Shown: positions 24,601 through 39,046, counted from the stretch's first letter. The stretch: DNA of 64,000 nt from Lingula anatina (GCA_051362555.1 CM120645.1:23960934-24024933); one strand, 5' to 3'. Numbers and translations: made by a program. Notes: a model not told the origin generated them from the sequence alone.

Positions 24601-26546
24601 TATTATTATGGCAGAGATACAGCTAGACCTGCAGCTATGAGCTCCCCTCTTTAAATAGCGTCTTTCCTTCAACTGAGACCAAGCTCCAGGCAGATGTAGG
24701 CCCTCCTTTCACTGTCTAATGTTACTCTGTAGTGACATCTTTAAATGGTGTTTATTAAAGTGCACAGCTAGTCTGATTCTACAGGGCGTTACGTAAGAAA
24801 ACAGCCAACACTATTCTTACAGTGCCAGTGTCATTTAAGGTCTTGCAAACATGTGATGTAAGAATTCAAATTTATGTAACCACGTAAATAAAAAAGTTCC
24901 CTGTATAGCAAAAATTCAAGTAGTCTAATTGTTAAGGTAGACTTGTATAATAATTTTGACATACGGAGATATTTGTAGATTTCCTGATTTACTTGATGAC
25001 GGTCTGCTCACCAATGCTTGCTCTAAATTTCAACCCAAACACAGCTAATAAATCGCTAACAAACTGGTTCTTAACACGTCTGCTTGAATACATAAACCTA
25101 AAGGCCATAAAAATGTCACTGCAAAAGAAAAATGTCTATAATGAAGTGGAAAGCAGTGAAAACTTCACTTTTTATTGTAATTTTTGTACCAAGCAGATAT
25201 TTAGCATTATAATTTCCATTATGTCCTAAAGTAACTGCTGTCTTGTTTCATCTAGACTTCCCATCACACAACAGAAACTCTCACTTCACCCATCACATGA
25301 CGTGTCAACCTTCCCTGACTGCTGCTCCTGTCACACTCACGCCATTCAACACCTACAGACGGCATGCAAACTTTTGCTTTATACACCTGCACATGACCGT
25401 TTCATCCTACCTGTCTCTGTTAAACTTCTGGTACTACTAGAACCCTTACACTTCCTGTTTCACCCCGACTGAGCCCAACTTGACACCATAACTGCTCCGA
25501 ATTCACCCTTCACGAGAATCAACCTGATTTGACCGCGTCACACTTTCCTTTGCCAGGAATCACATTGTTTTCCGGTAATCTATCTTGGCTGGGAACACCT
25601 GCTTTGACTTCCAGGTGCCCAGAGTTTTTTTTTTTTTTTAAATGTCAACAATGCACATGTGAAATGGTGTTTTCATGTTAAATTGTTTCCTTTGGAAAAA
25701 TTGACGATTTTTGGTGAATCCAGAAGATTTGTCCTCTGTATGATGAGGATTTTAAAATCTGCATCTACGTATAGAGAGTTTTAAACTTTTTTCATCTTAA
25801 AACATTCAAGGTTAGAGGACAAAAGTGTGAGAGTGAAGCCTCTCAGAGCAACAGTGACAACAGTCAGTGTGCCAAGCTTATCAAGAAGAAACACCTTCTG
25901 ACACTTCCATTACTTCATACTGACATGGCATGCTCTTTATAAAACACTGCACTGACCCCACCCCTACTCCCAACTGTCCTTTCTTACTTTTTCACATCTT
26001 GTTAACTAATACAAAAGTGATCTACTTCCTGCAAAGTAGACGTGACATGCTAACTGTGGGTATTTAACTGAAGACTCCCTTTGTACAAACCAACTTCATT
26101 ACTAGACATAGAAGTGTATTCTCTTCCATGAAAAGTGACATTTCTGCATACTTGGGTGCTTCTTAGTAACTAGGGCCCACGGCTACTCCTCATCTTTGCC
26201 TTTCATATCGTACAAAGGAATAAATGGACAAAAAATCCTCCTGACTTGCATGTTCCTAACAAATGATTTCCCGAAAAACCATCACAACTGCAACTCTTAC
26301 TATCATATCAGAAACAGGGAATGAGAAATTTATAAATAACATGACTGTCCTCCAAAATATAATGAGAAAATGCACTAAAGCCAGCCAGCAAGTTTATATA
26401 TCCATACAGATAGATTTTTTGACTATAAACCAATGTCCCATTTTGTTGCAGGGCTCTCTGGCATGTCTTCCAGAATACATAGACCACCGTAGAAAGTCAG
26501 TATCTAATGAGACATTAGTGCCTGAGAAGATCCTTCCCATACTCAC

Positions 26547-26631
26547 CTATACAGCACAGCCACGACACAGAACGTCTCTCTTCTCTAGGAGAGTTCTTCA
26601 CTGCGCCTGTGTCTTTTCCTGCAGCCACCAT
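26547..26631 (-). CDS. MAGI: Candidate alternative first coding exon of MAGI (MVAAGKDTGAVKNSPREERRSVSWLCCI)
   Basis: ggcATGG context, in-frame upstream TGA, TAG|gtgagt donor, phase 1 in frame with the 20131 exon; TATATA about 100 nt upstream. Confidence 0.6.
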
Positions 26632-29249
26632 GCCGTGTAGTGATCAGATATACACACATTGTTTGTACGCGTCCTGTGGTGTTACGGCAGTATCTTACTG
26701 GAGGCAGAGAGAGGCTCAGCTGCGGCTAGATCTATATAGACTTGTTACCCTCTAAAAACAGTCACTGGAGATCAACCCAATGAAATATGGCCGTGGGTCT
26801 ATATGGTACCCCTGGCCTTTACAAATGCCAGAAAAAGATCAGTTCTGGACTAGCTATCTGTAATATTCCAAAATTGTATTAAGTCTGAGTAGAACTAAAC
26901 TTCATGAAGTTTCTGACATTCTTTATCCTTCTACTGCAGCTGTGAATGAGAGATATTTATTCTCCCAAGTTCTTTTTTTTTTCTCCAGGCAGCTGCAAGC
27001 CCTGATGGCAGCTGTATCTGAGATCCAATATCTCAATGGCGTCCAAGGATCTTAGAAGTCTTAGATCTTTAACTCTCAATCTCCCTTCCAGATCATGACA
27101 AATTTATCCAACAATCCTGTTAAAGAATAAGCTCAGTCCACGTGCCTGAAAGGTCTACAAGAGAAGAGGTCACTCACAATAGTGATAGTTATCAATGGGA
27201 GATAAGCTGATCGACTCAGTTACGTAATGCCACCATTTCCTACTGTGAAAAATACCAAACTTCTGTGCGAAAATAGCCAGTAGGCTATGAACTAAGTTAA
27301 TTTAACAGTATCGCCTTTGTACAATTACAGACCTTGCCATCACCATGGGCCTCAGATGTGCCGACGTATCCAGTGCCTCTGTTGACTTGTCATTGATTAG
27401 TAATAACAAGTGCCCCCAGTTCTCACCACAGGGTTCGGGGCTACGGTTCCCTCTGATCTACTGATACAGTGCACCACTGGGACTGAGGCAGCTTGCTGAG
27501 GACTGTTCCCTGTGAATTTCTGGTTCTATCCACTGCCACGGGGAACGAGAAAAAGGTTCTCTGTGATCTGACGTTAAAAGAACAGCACCAGCGTGTGGAG
27601 AGCCTTTCTGTATTTTTTGTACCAGAAGGCAGTAGAACACTTCCACACGTGTCACCAATGTATTCAGGATTTCTTCTAGTCCTGTTCCCTGTGATCTTCT
27701 GATTCAGTAGAGTAATAACTTCCACAGTTGTCACCACAGGGTCACCATGTGGCCTCCACGCCTTCCCACAGGGTTTTGGTTTCAGCGCAGACGTCCAGGC
27801 TCCAGGACTATAGAGGGCAGCCCCAGCAACTGTGAGCACTCCCCAGGGACGCTGAGAGAGTTTGGGGTGGTTAATCTGATTACTAGGTTTGTAAAACTGT
27901 TCTACCACTCAAAGACTAACGGGAAGGAAATGGGGACGTTACCATATATTTTGAAATAAGATGTTCACATCAGATGGTCGTTGGTTAAACTTCAACTGTT
28001 TTCAATCAGTTTGTGTCATTCAAGGCACTTTGTCATATAATTATTTTTAGGCTAATTTAAATGCCACCAGGAAGAAATCAAATGCACAAAAATCCTCTGA
28101 TATGACTGCTGCTTTCTGTATAGAGATAAAGGTATATGTTTTTTCTTTTTTTTTTAAGGAACAACAATAAATCCCAGGAAGTCTTGATTAGCACCCCTGA
28201 CCACTGAACAGGAAGGTCACTTCCTCCTGGACACTGGGTATATAAAGTTTGGCTTTTCTATTGGAATTATATACAACATCACAAATTAATCCATTTCCTC
28301 TCCTTTTAAAACAGGCTCTCCAGGATATGGGTTTTTATTACTATATACTGAATAATACAGGAAGCTGCCAAGCATCTCTTATAAAAGATATAAATCACAA
28401 TGGATCATATACTTAAGATTTCCAGACTTATTTGTTTATGAACCAGTACAAACATGTGTCACTTTTTAGAACAGTTTCTATTCTTAGTCCTTGAAGTCAA
28501 TGCAGCATGTGTATCTCCTAACGTGAACTGTCACATTTTCATCCACTACTTTATCCGCTTCATCTAATGCACTTTAAATCCAACACGATTCTCTGCAGAA
28601 GAGCCTCAAAGGATTAACCAAAGATATCCTCCTCAAAAATCAATTTTAGAAACACTTAAAGGATGGAGATAAACGGTGATCCCTTAATGTCTTTCCACTT
28701 CTCTTCTTTATTATCCTCTTGGTTCAATTGGATCAATTAAGGCCGTCCCTCTGCAGCTGACCTGATGAAACTAGTTCCTGCTTCTTGTATGGTATGTGCT
28801 GATTAAAGAGATTCTGGGGATAAAATTTTCCCTAGAAAACTGGGAAAACTTCAGGCTTAAGAGAGCAGGGGTTTTCGTATGTGGAGATCATCACAAATTT
28901 CTCAAGTTTTACGGACAAAAATTCTTCAAAACTTCCATAAACATGTGCTTCTAGTTACCCCAAATCATTCTCAATACACATCATAACATGACACTAGTAC
29001 TCCAAGCCACGGTGTAGAAGACTACAATCCTCCTCCTGGTCTTGGTGTATCTATCTGAACGCCCAAGCCACACATTAGCTCTAGACTACTGGGCACAGTT
29101 GTGGAATGATCTTTGTAAAGTTCAAGTAGATATTGTATCAGTTCAGGCCTCATATTAGAAATGTTACAAGATATATAAATCATCCCCCAAGTACGTGGTC
29201 AAACACTCAGCCATCACATGCTCTTCTCTATCTCTCACTTCTGACATGC

Positions 29250-29610
29250 CAAAGGTAATACAGCTATAAGCATAAGACTTACACTGTTATTACCATCTGA
29301 CTTTATCTCACTGTAAATATGTGTACAGTATCACATTTCTTTACAATAAGTATCTTATGCATTGGACATTTATTTACAATAAGTATCTTATCAAAGGACA
29401 AAATACACACAAGATTGCTCCTACAATATTGTTCATAAGATGCTGCATGACATGGAATTTCATCCCCTCTAAAGGTAATACAGCTTTTGGCATAGGACTT
29501 TATCTCACTGTCAATATGAGTACAGTATCAGTCTTTTCTTTACAATAAGTACCTTACACACAAGAGGGCCTCTACAATATTGTTCATCAAATGCAGCATG
29601 ACATAATATT
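29250..29610. repeat. Diverged local tandem duplication (~200 bp)
   Basis: aaaggtaatacagct, gactttatctcactgt, ctttacaataagta and ctacaatattgttcat blocks each recur in the same order. Confidence 0.7.
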
Positions 29611-32600
29611 TTATCAAACATTCAACCCCACTTCAACTGAAGGGTGCATCTTGATATCAGCACCCCAGTTATTCCTAATAAACACTTCTTTTAAATACAA
29701 TCAACACAAACAATGACACCTCATTATCTCTGTCCTGACCTCATCTTTGACATCACAAAATAGTGATATCATTTCTCTCCTTAATATGTGATAGAAACAG
29801 ACTGACGAAAGCAAAGAAAATCTTCTCCTGTGAAACTCTATATTCATGTTCATTTTGTACAGTATCCAGTAACTATCTTATCTTTTTTTATGTAAGGAAG
29901 AAATCTTACATAAAGAAGATAAACAGCTCCCACCCTGTACACATCAACATATCCTAGCATCACTTACCTCACCAAATATTTACTATGTGTATCAAGTGCC
30001 CTTTGCTGCTGACCACGGCTATCATATACCGACACCCTCCTGGAGGCTACTAACTGACCACTGTGGTGGACCACACTGAAGTCCAGCCCACTTTAGCCAG
30101 GGGGTGGTCAGTTAATACTGATTAGCCAGTGGCGGCCAGATAACACACACAGTGGTTTGACCACAGATTTGTAAGTGAGAGTATCAGATGTGATCAGGCT
30201 AAACAAAGGTGGAATTGCTTGTACCATTAAAGCGGGAATTGCCTGTACTGCATTATATATTTTAATGGTGATGTTTCTTTAAAATTTAGTCTAGGCACAT
30301 TTCCAAATAGTTATTCCATGTTAATATCAAGATCCCCAATAATGCTCTTAATACCATGTAATAATTCTCCTATAACCCCAATAATCACCGCGCAATACCT
30401 AGGAGCACCTGCTGCCTCCGTGCATTCCTCCAGTTACTTCCAACCCAGCTTTCATATCAACCCAAGTTACCTCAGCTGTGTGTTGATAACCAGCCAGGTG
30501 GACACAATCTATACAGGTAATCAACTCACACCTGTCCTGCTGAAGGCAACACACCAGGTATGTGTTAAGTTATCCTACGGACATTTACATTAACCCCATT
30601 TTTAACAGCATTTACCTGTGTTAACCTTCCACCTTAAGACAGCAGCAGACAAATCCGTCTTTGCCTTTTGTCAGTGTGTCCCTTGATACATAAAGTTTTG
30701 ACACTGACTGCCTATCTTGGACAAATGATAAACAAATTTGGAATTTTTAAAAGTTATCAGATTGGGCTTAAGGAAATTCAGTGAATTCTTTAAATCAATT
30801 TTCCACTATTTATAATTTTCATTCTTTTACTGAAAAGTTTTGACGAGAACTAGCTACTTACATGCTTTTCTCAAACATGCTCATTCTACAATAGCAACTA
30901 AATTCCTTCTGAAGATTGCATCACAAGTTGTTGCTGGACTAGTTAATTCTTAAACTACATTTAATTGTTTGTAACTGAACTGATAACCTTCAATTATGTC
31001 TTCCTACTACCGTGGAAGATAAATATGTAACAAAATAAAGAAATCACATCTTATATCCCAACTTACTTCATAGTTTAGCAGAAAATCCAGAAATCTGATT
31101 ATTTCACATTAAGTAGATAATCCACAGAAATCCTGCTAATCTAACAGATTTAGCTGCCTTAATCCTAAGAAACTCTGAAAACTTCCACAAACTCAAGCCA
31201 CAAACCTTCACTAACCTCACAACATTGAGCTCTCCAAATACAAGAAAATCGACCAAATATCTTCTTAATCCTAGCCTAAATATGTTTCATCTTAAGTCAA
31301 TGGCATAAGGGAAGTTGGCAACAATACACTTTAGCGGCTAACAGCCCCTTTCACTGCTGGAGGCGACATATTTTCCACCAGGGGTTGGTAGCTGAGTAAG
31401 CTACACATTGACACACAGAATCCAAGACGAACCTGCCTTAGTAGAACTCAAAAGTGATAATTAACAAAAAACAACTCTAAGGACACTTAAATGAGAGCCA
31501 GAAGCTAAATGAGATTTATACTTTGTCATCAATAAAAATGGAACTCCTGATTAACATCAGGTCGCTTTAAAGTCCTTTTGAAAATGTGTACAACATGTGC
31601 ATGTTTGCTCATAGCATATTGTGGTCCAGACTGCCAGCAAAGTATGTCATAATTCACTCCAATGATTCTACATTGTTTAATTCTAACATGTGTAACATGT
31701 TATAAGAATGACAGTGTGTGGTGTGAACTTATTTCGTGAATTTTTTTTTTCATTTTCAACAATAGTGCAACCTTAAACATGAGATAAAGGTCTTAATATC
31801 TTTGATATTAAATGATTAAAGCTATGGAAAACCAATTTAGGATCAAATGTTTTTTAAATGTATATCTAAATTTATAATGCCTGTCAGTCAATGGTTACCA
31901 TGAGGACAAATTCAACTATTTAAAATAAAACATTCATATGGTCAACATAAGGAATGATTAGAATCAAGATTCATATTGCAGAGATATCTAAAAATACAGC
32001 AACCTTTTTACTACTTACCAGGAACTCATGTGATAACAAACACTGCTAGAAGTACTATATATTTAAAGTGTAATGTGCACACCATGCAAGCTCAAATTTA
32101 ATGAGTGTTTAGACAGAGGCACTAGAACCGACTGTGGTCCAAATGGAACAATATATGGTTGGTTGTGTATAATGTATAAGGTTGACACCAACTCTATAAT
32201 TTAAACATATTAAACCAGAGACTTGATAACAAATGTGCTTGTAATAAAAAAATTGTCATAATCATAAGCATAACTCAGTGAGAAAAATCCATTACTTCAT
32301 GCAGACACTCCTCAATTGACACCACCTCCACCATGTTCCACTATGGTTCACTCCCGATTCAAGTCACTCTGTCTAAAAGCGTCTACACAACAGAAGAGTG
32401 CGTAAGCACTTTACCCAGGACTGAGAATAGAAACTTTTGTGAGAACAAAAAGGTGACGTTAGATTGATGGACTGACATTAACAAGACACCGTCATGTCTT
32501 CAGTGAACTTAAAGAGTGCTGTGGTCAACTCTCGTTTCTTTGAAAACCATCTGATTTAATACATGCGAGGTGTGAAACATTTGTTTCTATTTTCTCATTC

Positions 32601-33208
32601 TTTTGTCAATGAACTTTTTAAGTGGCAAAACAGCTCTATTCTGAAGTAAAGGTTCTGAAGGCTAGTGTTTTAGGAAGCGGACTGAAATCAAATCTAGTCT
32701 ATAAAAAGATTCACATGTATTGCACTAAACAGCTTATTATCATTATTTTTTACAGTCACATCAGCCAAACTGAGTTAAATATGAGATTTTTTTTTTTTTT
32801 TCATTTTTGTAGTTGTACTTCACACTACACAGTTAGTAAATTGTGGGTAGTTTTAATAGCAAACAAAATATAAACAAAATCATACAGAAAGTCTTAACAA
32901 TCTGGACAGGGAAATACACCTAAAGAAATAACAGCAATACAACAATGACAATTCTATAAGAAAGAAAAGAAGCAAAATATAGAGGAAAAACAATGACAAA
33001 ACAATACCAACAATAATGACACCAATCATGCTTGTCTTATGCCTAACAAACTCAGCCATCCAAGACAGCTAAAATGGTGCAAATCTAGAGAGAAAAACAA
33101 ATAATAAATAAATAAACAGACAAATCAAAGACCTACTCATACTACACTGGCTGGTTAGACTAAAACAAAAGGAAAATGTTAGCTCTAAGACTGCAGTCTA
33201 ACCTTTAC

Positions 33209-33310
33209 CTGTTTTCTGATTCTCTGATTGATCTAAACCCTTTCTACCCTCCTCTTTCTTGTAACTATCATTTCTTAAAATATCTGGCTTGGCTGCCTCT
33301 TTGCTTTGCC
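33209..33310 (-). CDS. MAGI: Candidate MAGI 102-nt cassette exon (GQSKEAAKPDILRNDSYKKEEGRKGLDQSENQKT)
   Basis: gttttccag acceptor, CAG|gtaaag donor, phase 1 to 1, open purine-rich frame. Confidence 0.6.
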
Positions 33311-33980
33311 CTGGAAAACACGCTGACTTTTCAACACCAATGCAACTTCTAATGACCAAAATACATATATATAAATAATGAAACCATTCTAGCAGCATAA
33401 ACACTGGGGTAAAATATATTTATTGAAAATCTATTGCCTCTATAACCCCACATGGATCAATAGGTGCTTTTCTCTTTGATTTTGACACAAACCCACCAGG
33501 TAAAGAATGATGCTAGAACCCTTTTCAAAACATAAATCTAACCCAATTTACTAACACAATAGAAGCAGGTGGAAGCTCAATGCTAGTACTGGAAAACAAT
33601 AAAGTCAATCACAGACACCTATAAAAGAAATCTGGCAGACATAAGGCACAATTATACTATAATGGTTACTACAGATTAACTTAATATATTTTATCAGCTA
33701 AGAACTGTACAAACAAAGAAGCTGGAATAATGAAAATGACTTAACAGGACATTCAGAATACTTCACAAAGAATATAGACCAGATACGACTTCCAAAGCAA
33801 AAGACCCAAATGTGATAAAACTCTTACAAGCACAATCAAGGTCCAGGACACTCCCTTCTGGCTTGCATTCATGTAGAAATCACGTGCCTAACTGACTTGT
33901 GTTACATCCATGCATTACAGGCTGGGAAAAAAATACCCACATTTTGTTTTAAAATTTTTCGCCTTGCCCTGAGAACTTAC

Positions 33981-34098
33981 CTGTGCTTTGAGAAGCTATG
34001 GAAGAGTCTGGAGAGTAAAAGAAAGCGTTGGGGACACTGACGCCAGATACATTTCCCTCCATACCCTGTGAGCCGCGTCTGTCTTCTACATTCTTAGG
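33981..34098 (-). CDS. MAGI: MAGI exon, linker after PDZ2
   Basis: PKNVEDRRGSQGMEG...SSIASQST; tctcttcag acceptor, CAG|gtaagt donor; phase 0 to 1. Confidence 0.85.
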
Positions 34099-35090
34099 CT
34101 GAAGAGAAAAACAATACAATAGTAATTTTACCATCTTTTATGATAATGCAACATTTATAACTTGATCAGTTAATTAATTTCAGCTGACATTGTCTTGCAG
34201 GCTCAACTTATACTCCATACTCTCCATGTCATATATTATTATCAATCACAAAACCAAGCAAAGATTTTGTTTTTGAAATTCTAACAAGCACTAGGCATGT
34301 AATAAAATTAAATGCAAAGATGAGCAACATCAGACTTAAACAATAACACATCAACATCAACATCAGGTGAAGCAATTTAAAGTCAAAAGTTAAAAACTTT
34401 CAACTCTAAAGCAAGAAAATCAATTCTTGCTCAAATCCACTTCTCTCCCAAATTAGCCAGCAGAAGTGGATAACATTTCAACCCAATGCAGAATTTCCAC
34501 TTGTGCATAGAAAGAGCATGTTAATTTGACATTTCCAGCACCTAGTACTCCATCAGCCACCCATCACTGATGAAGAACACCATCAACTGCACCATGTCAC
34601 AGCACAGTCAGCTCAATGCAACAAGTTGGTGGGATTAAGATATCTCTCATCTAAATGGCTCCGTGGAATTAAATCAATACAAATTCTATTAGGGCTCAAA
34701 GAGAACAATTTTGTACTAAAATGACTTGTCAGTCCTGGCTGCTTTAGAAATGGCTGGCGACATGCTGCTCTTTTGCACAAAATGTTAACAAAATGTTAAT
34801 GACTAAAGAGAACTTAAATTGGCTAATTACTGAGAAATGGTTAATGTTTAACTTTTTTTCACTTAGGTTTAGAGAAGTTTTCATAGAAACAGAGTTCCAA
34901 ATTTGAAAAATATATGATAAATGTCACATGGACAGACCTTGTGCTATCTTGGTTTGTACCTTTCCATACATTTCACAAATAACAAGAGAACTAGCAATAA
35001 AAAAATCTGACATAAATTGCTGCATCCATTTCACATCCTCATTTCCACAATTCACTCTGCTTGATGGCCTTATCTAAAACCAATACTTAC

Positions 35091-35782
35091 CGATTTAGAG
35101 GTTTTCCTTCCTTTACTTGGAGTGAGCATTCCTCCCCTCTGTATTACGACAGCTGTCTCTTGCCCCTTGGGACAACTCTTAAGTACTAAGACAACTTCCG
35201 AGTGACTCATGTCCTTGACCCGAATATGATTAATCTCCACAAGTATATCTCCTTCCTGTAACGTCTTACACCGCGGCTTGTCCAAGATTTGCTTCACTTT
35301 CTGCCCGTAGGCACTGTCAGCTATGGTGAAGCCAAAGCCCATCGTTCCCTTAACTATGTGTATCGTGAAGAGTTCTGGTTTTGCACTACTGGGAAAGAGG
35401 CTGAGAATGTCTGGCGTGTCTTCCCCGCCATTCATGTGTGGGACCTCGCCACTTTGGTTGTGCAGTTGAGACAAGTTATTATTATCCTTGTGATTTAATA
35501 TGCTATTATTGAGATTATGTCCTCGTGACGCCGACCCGTCCGCGCCTCCCGACCCCACCGAGAACGAAGGCGTGTTGCTCGTAGGAGTGTTTGGGGGCAT
35601 CGTCACGGCAACAGTGGTAACTATTTCTGTATTTGGGTCATTGGGGTCAAAGGGCAGGGGGTACCCCCTGCAGATCTCTAAGAGGACGTGTTCCCCTGGG
35701 GGGATGGTTTGGAACATGGCCACTACATCCTGGTGAGTGAACCCCAGCACACACCTGTCATTTACATGGACCAAGATGTCAC
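35091..35782 (-). CDS. MAGI: MAGI exon, PDZ1 second half and PDZ2
   Basis: GDILVHVNDRCVLGFTHQDVV...CRGYPLPFDPNDPN and IVKGTMGFGFTIADSAYGQKVKQILD..., typical of MAGI; 692 nt. Confidence 0.95.
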
Positions 35783-36097
35783 CTGGAAATATCACACACG
35801 GTTAATAACTTATCAGTGAACTGTTTAAATGACTCTATTAGTGTCATATTAATATATGATGAAATAATAGTTAATATTTTGTCAAATCAGCTACTCTAAT
35901 GACTCAAGAATAGAGATCTATCAAAATGCAATGAATGCAATGCAATGAAATCTACTACTTAATTTCTTGATTTTGATTTACCTATATTTTTCTATACTAT
36001 TACCAACACTAACAATATACTTGGACTTAGACTTATCATTAATTTACCATAAATACTGTAAATCATTTCTAATTATTACCATTCCTGTCAGATTTCA

Positions 36098-36322
<225 letters not shown>

Positions 36323-36658
36323 TTATGAGAAATGCCAAACATAAAATTACACAGAGTATTCTGAAGGTCAAGATCAATTTAAATTCAGCACTACGCTCCC
36401 AATTATACCTGTTAATATATCGACTGAATATCAAGACAATACATGGCATTAACTAGGTTTCAGATTTTTTTTTTTTTTATTTGAGAGAAGTTGTTTTTCT
36501 GTGTAACATGGAAACATTCTTTTATTCAAATAATTAGAGTTAATCTACTCAAGCAATATCAAAAGTAGTACTTTGAAAGGCCAACATTCCTCTTGAATGT
36601 CTTAATTATATCTACCCCAGTAATACTGACAGAAGAGATGAAAGATTCCAGTTTTTAC

Positions 36659-36703
36659 CTGGTGGTTCCTTATGAGGTCGCTGTGGGGACTCTTCCTCTC
36701 CAC
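36659..36703 (-). CDS. MAGI: MAGI 45-nt linker exon (GGEEESPQRPHKEPP)
   Basis: gtgttttag acceptor, CAG|gtaaaa donor, phase 1 to 1. Confidence 0.7.
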
Positions 36704-38975
36704 CTAAAACACAACAGAACATTCTGGACTTTATTAACGGAACGTTACAGACACAGATCCTCTTCTGTGAAGATGACCATAAAATGCCACCAAGAATGAT
36801 AAATTTCGTCTGAAAGTGTCTCCTGTTTCACTGTAATTCTTTGAAAAATTTGTCTGCAGCAATTTGATGTTGGTTTTCAGGATCATGTAGCTTCATCAGT
36901 GTCAGGGCTAATCCTTGCTTATTGGATTTTCTCTGAAGAGTGAACTCTCCGTCACTGACAACACCATCAACACGATCACAAAATCAGCCAATTTCAGAGT
37001 CGAAAGTCATCTTGACCAAAATTTGAAAAGATATGAAAAATACATTTGGTTAAATCACAGAAAACCTCCGTTATTCATCCCATTAAAAAAAAAAAAACTT
37101 CATCAGGATGTTACAGGACAGACTAAAAACCAAGTGCTTCTCATGAAAAAAGTGATTTCTTGGTGCTCTTCCAGGCCATCTTGGTAATCCTCCAGCCAGT
37201 AATGGGCACTGATTTAATGAAAATCCAATGTAACATCCAGGGATTCGACACTGTATTGAATTTAACGGAAATTCCAAGCCCAAATAGGATATGAAGATTC
37301 ATACTAATGCTTTCTTCTTCCTGTTAAGTTCATGAAGTCACACTTGATCTTTCACTTTTTCCAATTATCTTTTCTTTTCCTCCTAACCTTATACAAGCTC
37401 TCTGCCCTTCTACAAGTTTTCCAGTTATCTCAAACCCAGCATGGACGAAAGATTTCACCTCGAGTAGAAATGCCTTTCAATTTTTTTTTTCAGGGGGTAA
37501 AAGGTTACCCACTCCAGGTAACAGGATAAGATAGGTCATCTCCTCATCTGTAGTCAATATTTGACTAAATATTGTTTATGCTGTGAAGCATGTGTACCCA
37601 TGCTGTCAGAATCTCTCTAAAAGCCTAGTGCCTATAAACTATGGAGGGAATGTTCTTTTTTAAAGGTCCTTCTTACACAAGGAAAATGGGTTCTAACTTC
37701 TACGTAGACAAATTATGTTTTGTGCAGATAATATATGACAAGAGAGTGTAGTCTTTCACGGACTCCTAGGGAGATCTGGGGTAAGTTTGGTTTGGATGAC
37801 CAGTGAGTGACCCAAAGTGGACAGCCAAGAACTCACACGCAGAAATTAATATTCTTTATCAAACGTTTACAGACGATAAAATGGAAAAGCTAATGTGTGA
37901 AGATATTTTGAGTTGACATTTTATAAATTCTATCTAGAAAACTTTTTCAAAGTCTGGCCATAAAAATGTTTACTTTCAAAGATGCTAATGTATGAATTGC
38001 CTGGCCTTAAAGAGAATGGTCTTCTAAAATAATTTTCAAACTTCTTTTTGCACTTTTATTGAAAATAATCTATCTGATTTGATCTTTGTGTTGACATTCA
38101 TATACTTCCTTTGAAAAATGTTATGCAGTCACTTATCCTTTTTTTATTTACTTTAATATTTTCTTTGAATATGTGCAATAGTATGTGGCTTCAGTTATGT
38201 GTGAAAGAAATCTGTTCTTGTATCCACCTCTGCTCATCAAAGAGCGCCAGAGGCTGCAGTGATGACATAGCGGCCATTACGTTCCATTAACCCACATTGC
38301 ACTTTTCATGTCCGGGGCTCAGAGGAGGAATGTAGAAACACTTAGCAGGAGAAGATAACATTTAAAGAGTACAAGCCTCACAGCCAGGCACAAGTCAATG
38401 CTAATCATATCACCCTGGCTTATCCTGGCAGAGGATGGAGTGCCCTCTGGAGGAAGATTTACACACCAATATAAGACCAACCCAGGGCAGCTTTTTGGAC
38501 TACAACTTTTATTCAACACTTCTTGGGAGCAATTTCACATATCTGATTTTACTGCACTTTCACATTTTAATACTTCTTGCAGACCAGAGTACAATGAGTT
38601 GCATTCTTCTCGTTTTTGTTCTTTTTTTCTAAGTATTTTAAGTTAAACAAATGTCAGCCTGTCCCCAGGGTGAGGTACAGCCAGAAGGTTCTATCCACAG
38701 ACTCTGATCTGCCTATGATACAACCACAGCCACAATACTGTATGTCTTCACTACAACAACTCACTGAACTACAACCTGTGAAATATCACAGCTACAGCAG
38801 TGGTGAGAATTGTCACTTGTTTCAGAGATTTGATATTTAACACCTCATCAGTCTGATTCTAGTACTATTTCATTACAGTTTCATTTGTAAACTACATATA
38901 AAGGATTAACAAACACTAGCAGGGTTGTCCTACTATAAGGGAATTGTCAGATAACCAGACGTCTGCTTGACTTAC

Positions 38976-39046
38976 CAGTGGCTCCCCCTGCTGCCCTCTT
39001 GGCCTGTACTACAGGGTTCTCATATTGGGTCTTCCTATTCACATGA
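38976..39046 (-). CDS. MAGI: MAGI exon, WW2 second half
   Basis: DHVNRKTQYENPVVQAKR; ttccag acceptor, G|gtaagt donor; phase 2 to 1. Confidence 0.93.

Noticed and set aside
27441-27959. 155-aa minus-strand ORF and overlapping ORFs
   Set aside because: Non-ATG start, no recognisable domain, and it stops before the nearby donor; more likely UTR or regulatory sequence
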